64,000 nt of DNA from an uncultured Fidelibacterota bacterium (GTDB taxonomy: Bacteria; Fidelibacterota; Marinisomatia; Marinisomatales; TCS55), in NCBI GenBank assembly GCA_913049685.1, contig CAJWZD010000002.1, forward strand, positions 2,694 through 66,693. The letters are read 5' to 3'. The notes beneath the pieces were generated by a model. The model had not been told where the DNA came from, made no database searches, and was given only the letters and a program-made list of their open reading frames with translations. Made by a program: the position numbers and the translations under genes. How positions within the stretch are numbered: position 1 is the stretch's first letter; each line of letters opens with the position of its first letter. Positions 37,044 through 47,816 of this stretch are shown here, piece after piece.

Positions 37044-37865
37044 CTATTTAAGGCCTTTAAAGTAGACTTCTTTGTGGGCCTGATCCATATCGGCCAGCTG
37101 ATTTAGCATATTATTTTGCCCCATAATACTTAAAGCCCTAACTAGTTCATTCCTGTGAGCATCAAGAAAATATAAAGTCCTTCCTGTTGGGAATTGCCTG
37201 AAAACCGATTGTATTCCTTTAATCATTAGATCGAATTCTTCTAAAGCCTCATCGGGCTTTCCTTGATTAAAAAAATCCATTCCCACGTAAAAAGCAAAAC
37301 GCGCCTCTCTTAACCCTTTATTTTCTGTAACCTCTTTTAGGAGTTGCATACGCGTTGACCACCCCTTTGGATAATCGGAAGCGATTCCTCTTAATACAAT
37401 TTCTCTAGCTTGATCATAACCTAAATTTCCACCATAAAAATCATACGTATCCATATGGCCAGCTAAAATAATGTAAGCGTAAAATGCTAAAAAACTACCC
37501 AAGGGTTCAAATAAAACAGGATCGTAATAAATAGCACTACCAGCATTATAATAAAATTGAAGGGATTTATCAAAGTACCTTAAATCCATCCCATCTGAAA
37601 TAAGGACTTGAGCGTGAAACGTTTCCATGCCCCCCTTTTGCGCTACGCCTTGGAATGCTATTGAAATATGTAAAGGAATCTTTAGTTCTTGGAATTCTTC
37701 ATTCCAGGTATGTTTCGAAAAAAATCTAGATACCTCATTTGTGATTGTTGAGACCTTTTGCTTTTCGCTGTTTCTAAGCAATCTGTCATCTACTTTTACT
37801 TCTACTTTGCCAAATTGGCCTAAAAGGATCGAAGAACATATTATTAATGATAAAAATAATCTCAT
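37044..37865 (-). CDS. DUF4835-like secreted protein (family I believe is now linked to type IX secretion as PorD; unverified)
   Basis: A signal peptide is followed by GKVEVKVDDRLLRNSEKQKVSTITNEVSRFF..W and a C-terminal LYFLDAHRNELVRAL block resembling DUF4835. Confidence 0.5.
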   Translation of the reverse strand: MRLFLSLIICSSILLGQFGKVEVKVDDRLLRNSEKQKVSTITNEVSRFFSKHTWNEEFQELKIPLHISIAFQGVAQKGGMETFHAQVLISDGMDLRYFDKSLQFYYNAGSAIYYDPVLFEPLGSFLAFYAYIILAGHMDTYDFYGGNLGYDQAREIVLRGIASDYPKGWSTRMQLLKEVTENKGLREARFAFYVGMDFFNQGKPDEALEEFDLMIKGIQSVFRQFPTGRTLYFLDAHRNELVRALSIMGQNNMLNQLADMDQAHKEVYFKGLK

Positions 37866-37931
37866 ATGAGAAACTAATAGATAAAACCTATATCATGCCA
37901 TTCCTCAAGAATAATTGTATTAATTTCTACC

Positions 37932-39368
37932 ATGGACAATATAAAAGATTTAATTGAAAGCCAGCCCGACGTTCTTTCTATTTTGAGGAAAGTTGGAGAA
38001 ATTGCTGATACTTCAAATAAAAAAGTATATGGGGTTGGTGGCGTAGTAAGAGATTTGATCCTTGGCAAGAAAATTAAAGAAGTTGATTTAATGGTCATCG
38101 GTGATGGGATAGAATTTGCAAAAATAGTTGCTGACGAAATTGGAATTTCAAAAATTGTACCATTTCACAAATTCTCTACTGCACATATACCTAATAAACC
38201 AATAGCAATAGAGATTGCCGCCGCGCGACAGGAAACATATTCCTCTGAATCTCGAAAACCAAAAACCATAAAGTATACAGATTTAAAAGGTGATTTAATT
38301 CGGCGCGATTTCACAATCAATGCTATGGCTGTAAGCATAGCACCAGAAGACTTTGGCAAGCTCCATGATCCCTACAATGGACTAAGCGACCTCGAATCAA
38401 AAAGACTGATCACTCCATTGGACCCCGATAAAACGTATTCAGAAGATCCTCTTCGAATGATTCGAGCTGCTTATTTCGCATCAAAACTAGATTTTACAAT
38501 TGATGAAAAAAGTATTGAATCTATGAAGCTTCAAGCTGACAGGATTAAAATTGTATCGCAGGAGCGCATTACTAATGAGTTCACCAAAATTTTGTCAACA
38601 GATAAACCCTCAACTGGATTAATTATTCTGCAAGAAACAGGTTTAATGAAAATGATATTTCCTGAAATTGATGTTATGTATGGGATGGATCAATCCAAGG
38701 AGTGGCATCATAAGGATATTTTTTATCATACAATGGAAGTAGTCGATAATGCCGCTGCTCTATCAAAAAAGATGAAGTTAAGATTTGCTGCTCTTGTGCA
38801 TGATATAGCTAAACCTAACACAAGGATGATCGATCCAAGAAAAGGGTACACCTTTCATGGTCATGATGCAATTGGAGAGCGGATGTTAAATAAAGTTGCT
38901 GCTAGGATGAAGCTTTCAAATAACTTAAGAGAGTATTTGAAAAAACTTACCTTGCTACATCTGCGCCCAATAGCTTTAGCAAAAAAGGAAATAAGTGATT
39001 CAGCTGTACGAAGATTAATGGTGGCTGCAGGTGAAGATGTTACTGATCTTTTAACACTATGCCGAGCTGATATCACCACAAAAAACCCACATAAAATCAA
39101 AAAGTATCTATCTAATTTTGAAAGAGTTGAATCTAAAATGCTAGATGTGAGTGAGCGTGATAAAATGAAAGCATTTCAGTCTCCTGTAAGAGGGAAAGAA
39201 ATAATGAAAATTCTTAATTTGAGCCCTGGTAAGACTATAGGAAAAATAAAATCTAGAATTGAAGAGGCTATACTTGATGGAAAAATAGAAAATTCACACG
39301 AAGAAGCGATTGAATATTTGTCCAAAATAAAAAATCAATTCACTCAAAACCAAAGTAGATTAAAATGA
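37932..39368 (+). CDS. cca: CCA-adding tRNA nucleotidyltransferase / poly(A) polymerase family with an HD domain
   Basis: The head domain has YGVGGVVRDLILG and RRDFTINAM. The HD domain has HHKDIFYHT...ALVHDIAKP. Confidence 0.85.
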   Translation: MDNIKDLIESQPDVLSILRKVGEIADTSNKKVYGVGGVVRDLILGKKIKEVDLMVIGDGIEFAKIVADEIGISKIVPFHKFSTAHIPNKPIAIEIAAARQETYSSESRKPKTIKYTDLKGDLIRRDFTINAMAVSIAPEDFGKLHDPYNGLSDLESKRLITPLDPDKTYSEDPLRMIRAAYFASKLDFTIDEKSIESMKLQADRIKIVSQERITNEFTKILSTDKPSTGLIILQETGLMKMIFPEIDVMYGMDQSKEWHHKDIFYHTMEVVDNAAALSKKMKLRFAALVHDIAKPNTRMIDPRKGYTFHGHDAIGERMLNKVAARMKLSNNLREYLKKLTLLHLRPIALAKKEISDSAVRRLMVAAGEDVTDLLTLCRADITTKNPHKIKKYLSNFERVESKMLDVSERDKMKAFQSPVRGKEIMKILNLSPGKTIGKIKSRIEEAILDGKIENSHEEAIEYLSKIKNQFTQNQSRLK

Positions 39369-41590
39369 AAAAAATTATAATTACAGCTCTTATAAATGCT
39401 TCCTTTTGCTTTGGACAGGTTGTTGAAGGTTCGGTCTCTGATAAAATAACTGGAATTCGTTTGTCTGGAGTCAATATTATCATAGTTGATAAGAATGCTG
39501 GATCCTCGACTGATTCAAATGGTCAATTTTCTCTAGACATAAAAGACTTAAATAGCAGCCAAATAATTCAGTTTAAGCATATTGGATACGATCAATTTCG
39601 TATCAGCCTTGACAGTTTAATGTCACGGTCAAATATCCTTCTTCAACCCAGAGTTCTTCAGTTTGAGGCAATAGAAACATCAGGAATAAAAAGAAAGCCT
39701 GCTATAGAAAAAGATCTGCCGCAAACAGTTTCAATCATTCAATCAGATGCTTTTGCTTTAAGGGCTTATGTGGATGCCGGAGATTTACTTGCAACAGACC
39801 AAAGCGTTCAAATTGAAGAGTCTCTTTCTGGAAGAAAAACTGTTTCAATTCGCGGAGGTAATGCGGACGATGTTTTAGTTTTATACAATGGATTTAGGTT
39901 AAATCGTCCCTATGACAATGTTTTTGATTTATCTCTTATCGATATGCAAAATATTGAGCAAATTGAAATTGTAAAGGGTGGACATTCAGTTCTGTATGGC
40001 TCCGATGCGTTCTCTGGCGTAATCAATATAGTACCAAAGAATACAAAAGATAAGAATGTGAAGATCTCTCAACAGTTTGGTTCCTATGATTCTGGTTTCT
40101 GGAATGCTAATGGTCAATTAAAAATTAAAAATTCTTTCCTTTCTATAAATCAAAAACGAGGTTCGTATAAACGAATTTTTCAAGATTCTCAAATTGAATC
40201 ACCAGGTCTTAACTCAAGTTTATCTCATTCTGCCTTTGATATGACTAATCGTTTAAAAAATAAATTCGTAAATGGAAATCTCGAATGGAATTTTACAAAT
40301 GACAAGCAGATATTTGATAACACTCGAGATCAAAACACAATTAATTCAACCAATCAACTTGCTGGTGTTCGCTATGATGGAGTGTTATGGTTTCTTGGAG
40401 AGGTTGAGCTTGCTTTTGCGTCGCACAACTTATCTGAAGCTCAAGATCTTAGCAATCAGCGAGGATATATTAGCAGATCATTAGATCATAGTTCAAATAA
40501 AGTTGATGCTAGAAAATATATAAATCTCAATAAAGTTGAATGGATGTTTGGAGCGCAAGCTGAAGATTCCAAATTAAATCTTTTCGATGATCAGAGTTTA
40601 AATAACACTGTACAATTAGGTCTTAAAGGTGCTCAAATAAATCGTCAGCATGCAGGTTTTGCAACAGTTCTTAAACTACACTCAAAAGGTGATGATATAG
40701 GTCAATGGCTTACTGATCTTGATGTAAGCTATCGATATGACTTTGTTAGAGATCAGAGCGATAGTTTGGTAAATAGAAAAGAGATATATGATTTATCTGA
40801 AATTTCGTCCTTAGTTGATTTTGGAAATAACCAATGGTCTAACAGTATTTTTAAAATTTCAACAATTGCATCTAAGCGTGCACCTGGAATGACAATGGCT
40901 TACTGGGCAACAACGGGAAATAATATAAAATTTCCCTCATTGCAACAGCAAATCAGCCAATTAACTTTTATGGAACCTGACCAGCGTAGATTAAAACCCG
41001 AAAAAATGAAATCATTAGAGATTGGTATAAATATACTTACCCAACCAAAAACAATGGAAAATGTAGATCAGCTAGAATTACAAGCCAGTATATTTCGTAA
41101 TGACTACCTAAATAAAATGCGTTCCACTTTTCTCTTAGGTATGCCTATAGCTTATTTTGAGAATGTGCAAATTGCTACAATGTCTGGCTTGGAAGTAAAA
41201 GCAAAAGCAAAAACATACGGTGGAAAGTTTACAGGGGAAATTGGTTTATCTAATTACAATATTTCTGATTTAAGCGCTTTCCCATTTAAATCACCGTACA
41301 AGCTAACTATAAATACTACATCAAAATGGAATTGGCTTATAATAGGAGCTCGAGTTTTTCAAGAGGGTGAACAAACAGGATTAATATTAGTACCTGAAAA
41401 AGGGTATAACGAAATTGAACTTCCCGCTTTTTCAAATTATGATTTGCATATGACGATTGATGTAGATTTCAATATTGCAAAAGGGCAAATCTCATATTCA
41501 GGTCGTAACCTCAAAAAAAATACAATCTCTCTTGATGGTTTGCTATTAAGAGATACCAGAAAATATTTAACTATTAGTTTAGAGCTATGA
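39365..41590 (+). CDS. TonB-dependent outer-membrane receptor with an N-terminal CarboxypepD_reg-like domain
   Basis: It has a signal peptide, then VEGSVSDKITGIRLSGVNIIIVDKNAGSSTDSNGQFSL. The plug has SIRGGNADDVLVLYNGFRLN and IEIVKGGHSVLYGSDAFSGVINIV, followed by a ~500-aa barrel. There is an ATGA overlap with cca. Confidence 0.8.
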   Translation: MKKIIITALINASFCFGQVVEGSVSDKITGIRLSGVNIIIVDKNAGSSTDSNGQFSLDIKDLNSSQIIQFKHIGYDQFRISLDSLMSRSNILLQPRVLQFEAIETSGIKRKPAIEKDLPQTVSIIQSDAFALRAYVDAGDLLATDQSVQIEESLSGRKTVSIRGGNADDVLVLYNGFRLNRPYDNVFDLSLIDMQNIEQIEIVKGGHSVLYGSDAFSGVINIVPKNTKDKNVKISQQFGSYDSGFWNANGQLKIKNSFLSINQKRGSYKRIFQDSQIESPGLNSSLSHSAFDMTNRLKNKFVNGNLEWNFTNDKQIFDNTRDQNTINSTNQLAGVRYDGVLWFLGEVELAFASHNLSEAQDLSNQRGYISRSLDHSSNKVDARKYINLNKVEWMFGAQAEDSKLNLFDDQSLNNTVQLGLKGAQINRQHAGFATVLKLHSKGDDIGQWLTDLDVSYRYDFVRDQSDSLVNRKEIYDLSEISSLVDFGNNQWSNSIFKISTIASKRAPGMTMAYWATTGNNIKFPSLQQQISQLTFMEPDQRRLKPEKMKSLEIGINILTQPKTMENVDQLELQASIFRNDYLNKMRSTFLLGMPIAYFENVQIATMSGLEVKAKAKTYGGKFTGEIGLSNYNISDLSAFPFKSPYKLTINTTSKWNWLIIGARVFQEGEQTGLILVPEKGYNEIELPAFSNYDLHMTIDVDFNIAKGQISYSGRNLKKNTISLDGLLLRDTRKYLTISLEL

Positions 41591-42465
41591 ATAGAAAAAT
41601 TATAATTGTTTCAGCTATCTTTTTATTTCTTTTTTCCTGCGAAGAAAACCCCTTTTCTTCAAAAAGCAGTATCCCTCATCGAAAAATAAACGGAATTATT
41701 AATCTAGAAGGTGTCGAGCTATATCCTGAAGGAAATCATAGTGGTATTTTTATTTGGTCAAATCAATTAGGGATTAGTGCATTAAGCGGCGCAGATGGAT
41801 CATTTGAGTTGGAGCTTCCAGCTGCCAGTTCGCCAAATGGGGGAGGGATTGTTGATGGAGATTACATTTTATATTTTTATATGTCTAATTATGAAATTTC
41901 AACAGTTGAGATAACCTTTGCTGGCGGCGAAATATTAAATGATGATAGAGTAATTAAAATTGATGGAGAATTAAGAAAAAAAGTGAGCCTTAAAAGAATG
42001 GTTCAGGTTAATACAGAAGTAAGACCCAACACTTTTCCAAAAAATTTTCAAGAAGATATTAAAATAACAATTAATGCTACTCCTGATAGGAGTGATATTT
42101 TTTTCTATTTAAAAGGTCTGGAGCTACCTCGTCAGCCAACAATTTACTCTGGGCTATTGATTAAAGACATATCTTCAGGCGATTTAGTTTTATCTTTCAA
42201 TCCCGATACTGCAGCTACAATAAAGAGAGTTATTGATAAACCGTACAGAGAATTTCTTGTAAATTTTAAAGTTATTGACGATTCTCTTAATTCTATTCTT
42301 CCTGCAGGAACATATGAGGCTATTCCATATGTAATTATTGAAAGCAATGATAATGTCCCAGAACATCTTTTAGATGCGCTTGATTCAGGTTATGATGAGT
42401 TCTCAGAGAAATATTTTAATTATCCTATCTATCGAACTGGAGGAAAATTTATCGTAACCGAATAA
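41587..42465 (+). CDS. lipoprotein of unknown function (CarboxypepD_reg-like beta-sandwich at the N-terminus), partner of the TonB receptor
   Basis: It has the lipobox LFLFSC, then INGIINLEGVELYP...SGADGSFELELP. There is an ATGA overlap with the receptor gene. Confidence 0.6.
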   Translation: MNRKIIIVSAIFLFLFSCEENPFSSKSSIPHRKINGIINLEGVELYPEGNHSGIFIWSNQLGISALSGADGSFELELPAASSPNGGGIVDGDYILYFYMSNYEISTVEITFAGGEILNDDRVIKIDGELRKKVSLKRMVQVNTEVRPNTFPKNFQEDIKITINATPDRSDIFFYLKGLELPRQPTIYSGLLIKDISSGDLVLSFNPDTAATIKRVIDKPYREFLVNFKVIDDSLNSILPAGTYEAIPYVIIESNDNVPEHLLDALDSGYDEFSEKYFNYPIYRTGGKFIVTE

Positions 42466-42543
42466 AGTTTTTCTTGAAGGAACATGTTTTTTTTCTTGTC
42501 GTTAATTTGTTAGGTTTAGTTCAGTTCATTAAAGGATAAATAC

Positions 42544-43260
42544 ATGCTTTCTTCAATAATAAATACGCTCACAGCGCCCAAAGAAACCTTTCAAAAAATT
42601 TGTGAACATTATAGTCCTAAGGAAGCCTTAGCTCCGCTATCGATAATCATGATCTTAGCAGTAATATCATCCATGGTACTTTCTGATCAAATCGCAGACC
42701 TTCAATGGGATCAGATTCAGCAAAGTTTAAATAATAATTCCAATATAACGGAGGAGCAGAAACAAGAGATACTCGGATCTCAATACGATCGTATCTACTC
42801 AAACTCTGGGCCTACTGCTGTTTTTATTTATATTAGTTCTGCAATTTCCTGGCCAGTTAGAGTCTTATTTTGGTCATTATTTTCCATGTTGTTCTCCAAC
42901 GTATTTTTAGGTTCAAAAAATAAGTTAGGAGCAGTTTTTACAGTTGCTTCTTTTTCTTATCTCCCATCTGTTATTGAATATTTGGTTAAAACACCCATCC
43001 AGTATTCTACTGACAATATGATGATTTTTACTGGATTAGGAGCTCTAGGGATTGGGGAGCAGGGTAGTTTTATTAATAATTTTTTAAGCGGGTTAGATAT
43101 ATTTGCCTTATGGCGCGTGTACTTAACTGCAGTGGGGTTTACATTTCTTTATAACTCTAAAATCAATAATACAATCAAGACTCTAGGCATTTTATGGATT
43201 AGTAGTTTAATAATCTTTTCTGCCATAGGAGCATTCTTTGCTGGACTTGGTGGCGCTTAA
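42544..43260 (+). CDS. Yip1-domain integral membrane protein
   Basis: It is 238 aa with about 5 TM segments after a soluble N-terminus (LTAPKETFQKI), a typical Yip1/DUF1282-like layout. Confidence 0.55.
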   Translation: MLSSIINTLTAPKETFQKICEHYSPKEALAPLSIIMILAVISSMVLSDQIADLQWDQIQQSLNNNSNITEEQKQEILGSQYDRIYSNSGPTAVFIYISSAISWPVRVLFWSLFSMLFSNVFLGSKNKLGAVFTVASFSYLPSVIEYLVKTPIQYSTDNMMIFTGLGALGIGEQGSFINNFLSGLDIFALWRVYLTAVGFTFLYNSKINNTIKTLGILWISSLIIFSAIGAFFAGLGGA

Positions 43261-43268
43261 TTAATAAA

Positions 43269-44582
43269 ATGAAAGCACTGGTATTTTTAGCAATTTCAAT
43301 CTGCTATTCTCAAAACTACACTCTTGAAAAAGCAGTAGAAATAGCATTGCAAAACAAAGAGGCTCTTAAAGCGTCCGCTCTTGATCTGAGGTCTTCTAAG
43401 CAGGATATAAAAAGTTCTTATAGTGGAATTCTCCCATCTTTGCGTGCGTCAACCACCATGACAGAATCCCGATTCCCTGAGCAAACAGTAGGGTTCAATC
43501 AGTCATCAGGCGAAATATTGTCAGATGTAAGTAGTATTACCTCAGCATCTTCAAACATATCTATTAATCAAAATATATATGACGGTGGTGTTTGGTGGAA
43601 TAATATTAGCCTTGCAAAAAATAACTACAAGATATCAGACCAGTTCAATAGACAAATTAAAACAAACATTATTCGAAATGTTCATTTTGCTTATTTTAAC
43701 TATTTAAAAGCAATGCAACTGCTTGGCGTGGCAAGATCTAATTTGATGAGCTCACAGCAACAGCTAGCATTAGTAGAGCAAAAGTTTGATTTGGGATCAG
43801 CTAAGAAAACCGATTTACTGAAAGCTAAAGTTCGATTTGGACAGGCCAGGGTAGATTTAATAAGTAATGATGCTTCTTTGAAAAGCGCATATCGTAATCT
43901 TAAAAATGCTATGGGTTTAATAAATACTAATGATGAATTCAGCATAAGCGATGTAGAGAGGCCTCTTGAAATAATTCCTGAATTTGAAACAGGATTTGAA
44001 TTGATTCAAAAATTTAATCCTAGTATAAAGGCAAAGCAGTACCAAATTGTTGCCGCTAAGATTGGAACGAAAATCGCTAAAGGATCGCGAATGCCTAATA
44101 TTAGTATATCTGCAAGCGCTTTTGGAACCGCTGAGAGTATAAGTGATGCAGTTTCAAATAGCTATGGGGATAATCAGAGAACAAATACCTCTCTTTCTAT
44201 ATCGCTTCCACTGTATAGCGGAAATACAATATCAACCCGAATTCAAAAGGCCAAGCTCACTGTAAACAAACAGGAGTCTGAATATTTAACGCAGCTTGAG
44301 GATATATCTGTTCAATTAAAAGATCTCATTGATCAATTGCAAAACTTCAGTGAAATAATACCGATTAATGAAACAGTCTTAGAATCTGCCGAAGAAGACT
44401 TAAAGCTTTCTCAAGTACGATATTCTCAAGGGTCTACAACCATTTTAGAAGTGTTAAACGCACAGGTTTCTGTGGTGCAAGCAAAATCATCTCTAGTGCG
44501 TTCTAAATATGATGCATTTATTCAACAAGCCAATTTAAAAGCCTTACTTGGAACATTAGATGTTGAACAAGAAAATAATTAG
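43269..44582 (+). CDS. tolC: TolC-family outer-membrane efflux protein
   Basis: It has a signal peptide, [18 protein letters not shown], and two OEP repeats with long helical heptads. The length is 437 aa. Confidence 0.8.
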   Translation: MKALVFLAISICYSQNYTLEKAVEIALQNKEALKASALDLRSSKQDIKSSYSGILPSLRASTTMTESRFPEQTVGFNQSSGEILSDVSSITSASSNISINQNIYDGGVWWNNISLAKNNYKISDQFNRQIKTNIIRNVHFAYFNYLKAMQLLGVARSNLMSSQQQLALVEQKFDLGSAKKTDLLKAKVRFGQARVDLISNDASLKSAYRNLKNAMGLINTNDEFSISDVERPLEIIPEFETGFELIQKFNPSIKAKQYQIVAAKIGTKIAKGSRMPNISISASAFGTAESISDAVSNSYGDNQRTNTSLSISLPLYSGNTISTRIQKAKLTVNKQESEYLTQLEDISVQLKDLIDQLQNFSEIIPINETVLESAEEDLKLSQVRYSQGSTTILEVLNAQVSVVQAKSSLVRSKYDAFIQQANLKALLGTLDVEQENN

Positions 44583-44590
44583 GAGTTAAT

Positions 44591-45898
44591 GTGCCGGACA
44601 AAAATAGATCTAAAAAAAGAAAATGGATTATAATTGCTATCGCGATTGTATTTGTAATTGCGACAATAATTTTAAGCCTAAATCAAGACGATAAAGATGC
44701 AGTAAGCGTCGAAACGGAAGTAGTTAAATACAATACCGTGATTCAAAAGGTTAATGCCAGTGGGACCATTCAACCTGAAACTGAAGTTAAAATAAGTTCT
44801 TCCACCTCATCGGCTTGGATTGAATCGATAACAGTTAAAGAAGGTGATTATGTTAACAAAGGTCAGCTACTCATATCGTTAGACAGGAAACAGCTTCTTT
44901 CAAATTATAATGCAGCCATGTCATCCGTGCGTTCTGCTAAAGCACGGTTAAAGCAAGAAGTTGCTAGCAAAAAAAGAATTGAAACTATGTATGATCAAAA
45001 CCTAGCATCTGATCAAGAGCTTGAGGCAATTCAGGCATCTTATGAAATAGCCAATAGTCAACTTGAACAAGCAAGGGCAAATCTTGAATCTCGAAAGGAT
45101 GAACTTGACAGAGCCAAAATAACTTCACCACAAAATGGAATTGTTACTCAGATAAATAAAGAAATTGGTGAAATGGCCTTAGGCGGAATGTTTCAAGCAG
45201 AAGTTTTAATGGTGATTGCAGATTTGTCAAAAATGGAAGTCATTATTGATGTGAATGAAAATGATGTCGTATCTATATTAAAAGGGGATACAGCAGAAAT
45301 AGAAATAGATGCCTTTTTAGATACACTTTTCTACGGAGTTGTCAATGAAGTTGCATTGGTACCACAGGTCACCGGTATGGGCTCTCAACAGCAAGTAACC
45401 AACTTTCAAGTTAAAGTAAGAATGATCAATGTTCCTGATAATATACGCCCAGGTATGAGCGCAACCGTTGACATTGTTACCGATAAAAAGGAAAACGTTT
45501 TAACCATACCGATACAAAGCTTGACCGCGAGAAAAAAAGGGATTGAATTAATTGAAATAGGAGATAAACCTAAAGATGTTTTTGATAAAAAAGGCGCTAA
45601 AGCTGAAATGGAGGAATTGGTTTTTATTATCCAAGATTCAGAGGGTTTAGTTGATCGCGGTGAATCTTCACCAAAAAACAAATTTGAGAAACCCTTCAAA
45701 AAAGCAAAAAAAGGCACAAAATATGTTCACGTAAGGCCCGTTATAGTTGGGATATCAAGTGAGACAGATTATGAAGTTTTGAATGGTCTTAAGCTGGGAG
45801 ACAAGATAGTTACTGGTAGCTACAAATCTATAAGCAGGGAATTAAAACACAACGCTCTTGTGAAATTAAAATCAGAAAAGAAAAATAAGTCCGACTGA
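44591..45898 (+). CDS. macA: efflux periplasmic adaptor (MacA/HlyD family)
   Basis: It has a GTG start with an AGGAG SD, an N-terminal TM, lipoyl-like [17 protein letters not shown], a coiled-coil hairpin and a beta-barrel/MP domain. Confidence 0.8.
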   Translation: MPDKNRSKKRKWIIIAIAIVFVIATIILSLNQDDKDAVSVETEVVKYNTVIQKVNASGTIQPETEVKISSSTSSAWIESITVKEGDYVNKGQLLISLDRKQLLSNYNAAMSSVRSAKARLKQEVASKKRIETMYDQNLASDQELEAIQASYEIANSQLEQARANLESRKDELDRAKITSPQNGIVTQINKEIGEMALGGMFQAEVLMVIADLSKMEVIIDVNENDVVSILKGDTAEIEIDAFLDTLFYGVVNEVALVPQVTGMGSQQQVTNFQVKVRMINVPDNIRPGMSATVDIVTDKKENVLTIPIQSLTARKKGIELIEIGDKPKDVFDKKGAKAEMEELVFIIQDSEGLVDRGESSPKNKFEKPFKKAKKGTKYVHVRPVIVGISSETDYEVLNGLKLGDKIVTGSYKSISRELKHNALVKLKSEKKNKSD

Positions 45899-46603
45899 GT
45901 GTCAAACTTAATTTCATTGAATCAGATCAAACGCCATTATGATGTTGGTGGAGAGCTAGTAAAAGCGCTTGATGGCATTGATGTATCAATAAAACCCAAC
46001 GAATATATTTCAATTATGGGCCCATCGGGGTCCGGTAAATCTACATTAATGAATATTATTGGATGTCTTGATACCCCAACAGATGGGACTTATCAATTCG
46101 AAGGAGAGCTCGTTCATGAAATGGACGATGACCAGCTTGCTTCAATTCGTAATAGAAAAATCGGCTTCGTATTTCAGACATTTAACCTGCTTCCAAGATC
46201 AACCGCTTTACGCAATGTTGAGGTTCCGCTTATTTATTCAAATACCCCTAAGGCTGAGAGGCTTGAAATAGCACGATCTTCGCTGATTTCAGTAGGATTG
46301 GGAGATAGGCTTGATCATAAACCTAATGAATTATCAGGTGGACAGAGACAAAGAGTTGCAATAGCGAGAGCTTTAGTAAATACGCCATCTATAATTTTAG
46401 CAGATGAACCAACTGGAAATTTAGATTCCAAAAGCGGGATTGAGATTATGAAAATTTTGTATGATTTATACACTAAAGGTAATACGATCATACTGGTTAC
46501 TCATGAAAAGGAAATTGCCAAGCACGCAAATCGTATCATTACCATCTTTGACGGCAAGATTAAGGAAGACCGCGCAAATGAAAATATGATAAAGGCCTTA
46601 TAG
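45899..46603 (+). CDS. macB: MacB/LolD-type ABC transporter ATP-binding protein
   Basis: It has a GTG start, Walker [10 protein letters not shown], the signature [15 protein letters not shown] and Walker [12 protein letters not shown]. Confidence 0.9.
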   Translation: MSNLISLNQIKRHYDVGGELVKALDGIDVSIKPNEYISIMGPSGSGKSTLMNIIGCLDTPTDGTYQFEGELVHEMDDDQLASIRNRKIGFVFQTFNLLPRSTALRNVEVPLIYSNTPKAERLEIARSSLISVGLGDRLDHKPNELSGGQRQRVAIARALVNTPSIILADEPTGNLDSKSGIEIMKILYDLYTKGNTIILVTHEKEIAKHANRIITIFDGKIKEDRANENMIKAL

Positions 46604-47814
46604 TGTTTTCTCTCTTTTTCGAAAGCGTTAGAATCGCAGTTGATTCAATCCTATCAAACAAAATTCGATCTTTTTTAACGGGTCTTAGTATTATTATCGG
46701 CATTCTCACAGTAACTCTTATGGGTACCCTAATTTCAGGTTTAGATAGAGGGTTTGAAAAGAGTATGGATTTTTTAGGAAAAGACGTGCTATCAATAAGT
46801 CGATGGGAATGGTTTGGCGGTCAAGATTGGTGGGAAGTTCGCAATAGGCCAAGAATTAGATTAGAATATGTTGATAAGATTAAGAATAGATCAAAATATG
46901 CAGAGGCCGTTGCTCCAGTAATGCAGAGAGGTGCAAGTTTATCAAGAGGAGATTTAGGAGCACGCTCTCAGATTTTTGGAACAACCACTGAATATTTAAA
47001 AACAACAAACTATGGTGTTGAGACTGGAAGATTCTTTACAAATGGTGAAGATAGGTCTGGTGCTAGAGTAGCTCTATTAGGGTATGATGTAGCAGAGAAT
47101 CTATTCCCCAATGAAGACCCTATAGGAAAAAACTTTAAAATAGATGGCATAAGGTTTCGTGTGCTGGGAGTGATGGAAAAACAGGGAAAGTTTTTAGGCT
47201 TATTCAGCTTTGATACGCAGGTTATTATACCTTCTGGCGCAACTCAGAGATTGTTTTCACGAAGAGGTTTCTTAAGAATTAGTGTAAAAATACCGGATGA
47301 TAAAATTGAAGAGTCAAAAGACGAAATTTATGGTATTATGCGACAAATTAGAGGACTGAAGCCCACTGAAAAGGATGATTTTGCTGTTAACCAAACGGTA
47401 GCTTTTGAAAACATATATAATTCTATAAAGTTTGCTATTGGTGGAGTGGGTATCTTTATAACAATCCTATCTCTTGTTGTCGGAGGAATAGGAATCATGA
47501 ATATCATGTTCGTTTCTGTTAAAGAGAGGACCAAGGAAATTGGTGTTCGAAAGGCAATTGGCGCGACAAAGAATATGATCTTGACTCAATTTTTAATGGA
47601 AGCTACCATGATTTGCGTAATTGGAGGGTTAATTGGGCTATCCTTTGCATATATTTTAAGTTTAGTAATAAATCAATTTTTCCCTTCAACAATGCCAATT
47701 TGGCTTGCAATAACTTCAATATCATTAAGCATTTTTGTTGGAATTACTGCTGGTCTGATACCATCCTATAAAGCAGCAGGGCTTGACCCGATTGATGCAC
47801 TGAGGTATGAATAA
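46603..47814 (+). CDS. MacB-type ABC transporter permease (FtsX fold with a periplasmic domain), copy 1
   Basis: It has a GTG start overlapping the upstream TAG. It contains NKIRSFLTGLSIIIG, a large periplasmic loop, VSVKERTKEIGVRKAIGA and a C-terminal DPIDALRYE. Confidence 0.85.
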   Translation: MFSLFFESVRIAVDSILSNKIRSFLTGLSIIIGILTVTLMGTLISGLDRGFEKSMDFLGKDVLSISRWEWFGGQDWWEVRNRPRIRLEYVDKIKNRSKYAEAVAPVMQRGASLSRGDLGARSQIFGTTTEYLKTTNYGVETGRFFTNGEDRSGARVALLGYDVAENLFPNEDPIGKNFKIDGIRFRVLGVMEKQGKFLGLFSFDTQVIIPSGATQRLFSRRGFLRISVKIPDDKIEESKDEIYGIMRQIRGLKPTEKDDFAVNQTVAFENIYNSIKFAIGGVGIFITILSLVVGGIGIMNIMFVSVKERTKEIGVRKAIGATKNMILTQFLMEATMICVIGGLIGLSFAYILSLVINQFFPSTMPIWLAITSISLSIFVGITAGLIPSYKAAGLDPIDALRYE

Positions 47815-47816
47815 AA

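Noticed and set aside
37874-38098. 74-aa minus-strand ORF overlapping the cca start and the 66-nt divergent spacer
   Set aside because: It overlaps the well-supported cca N-terminus (GVGGVVRDLILG) and has no motif, so it is likely spurious.
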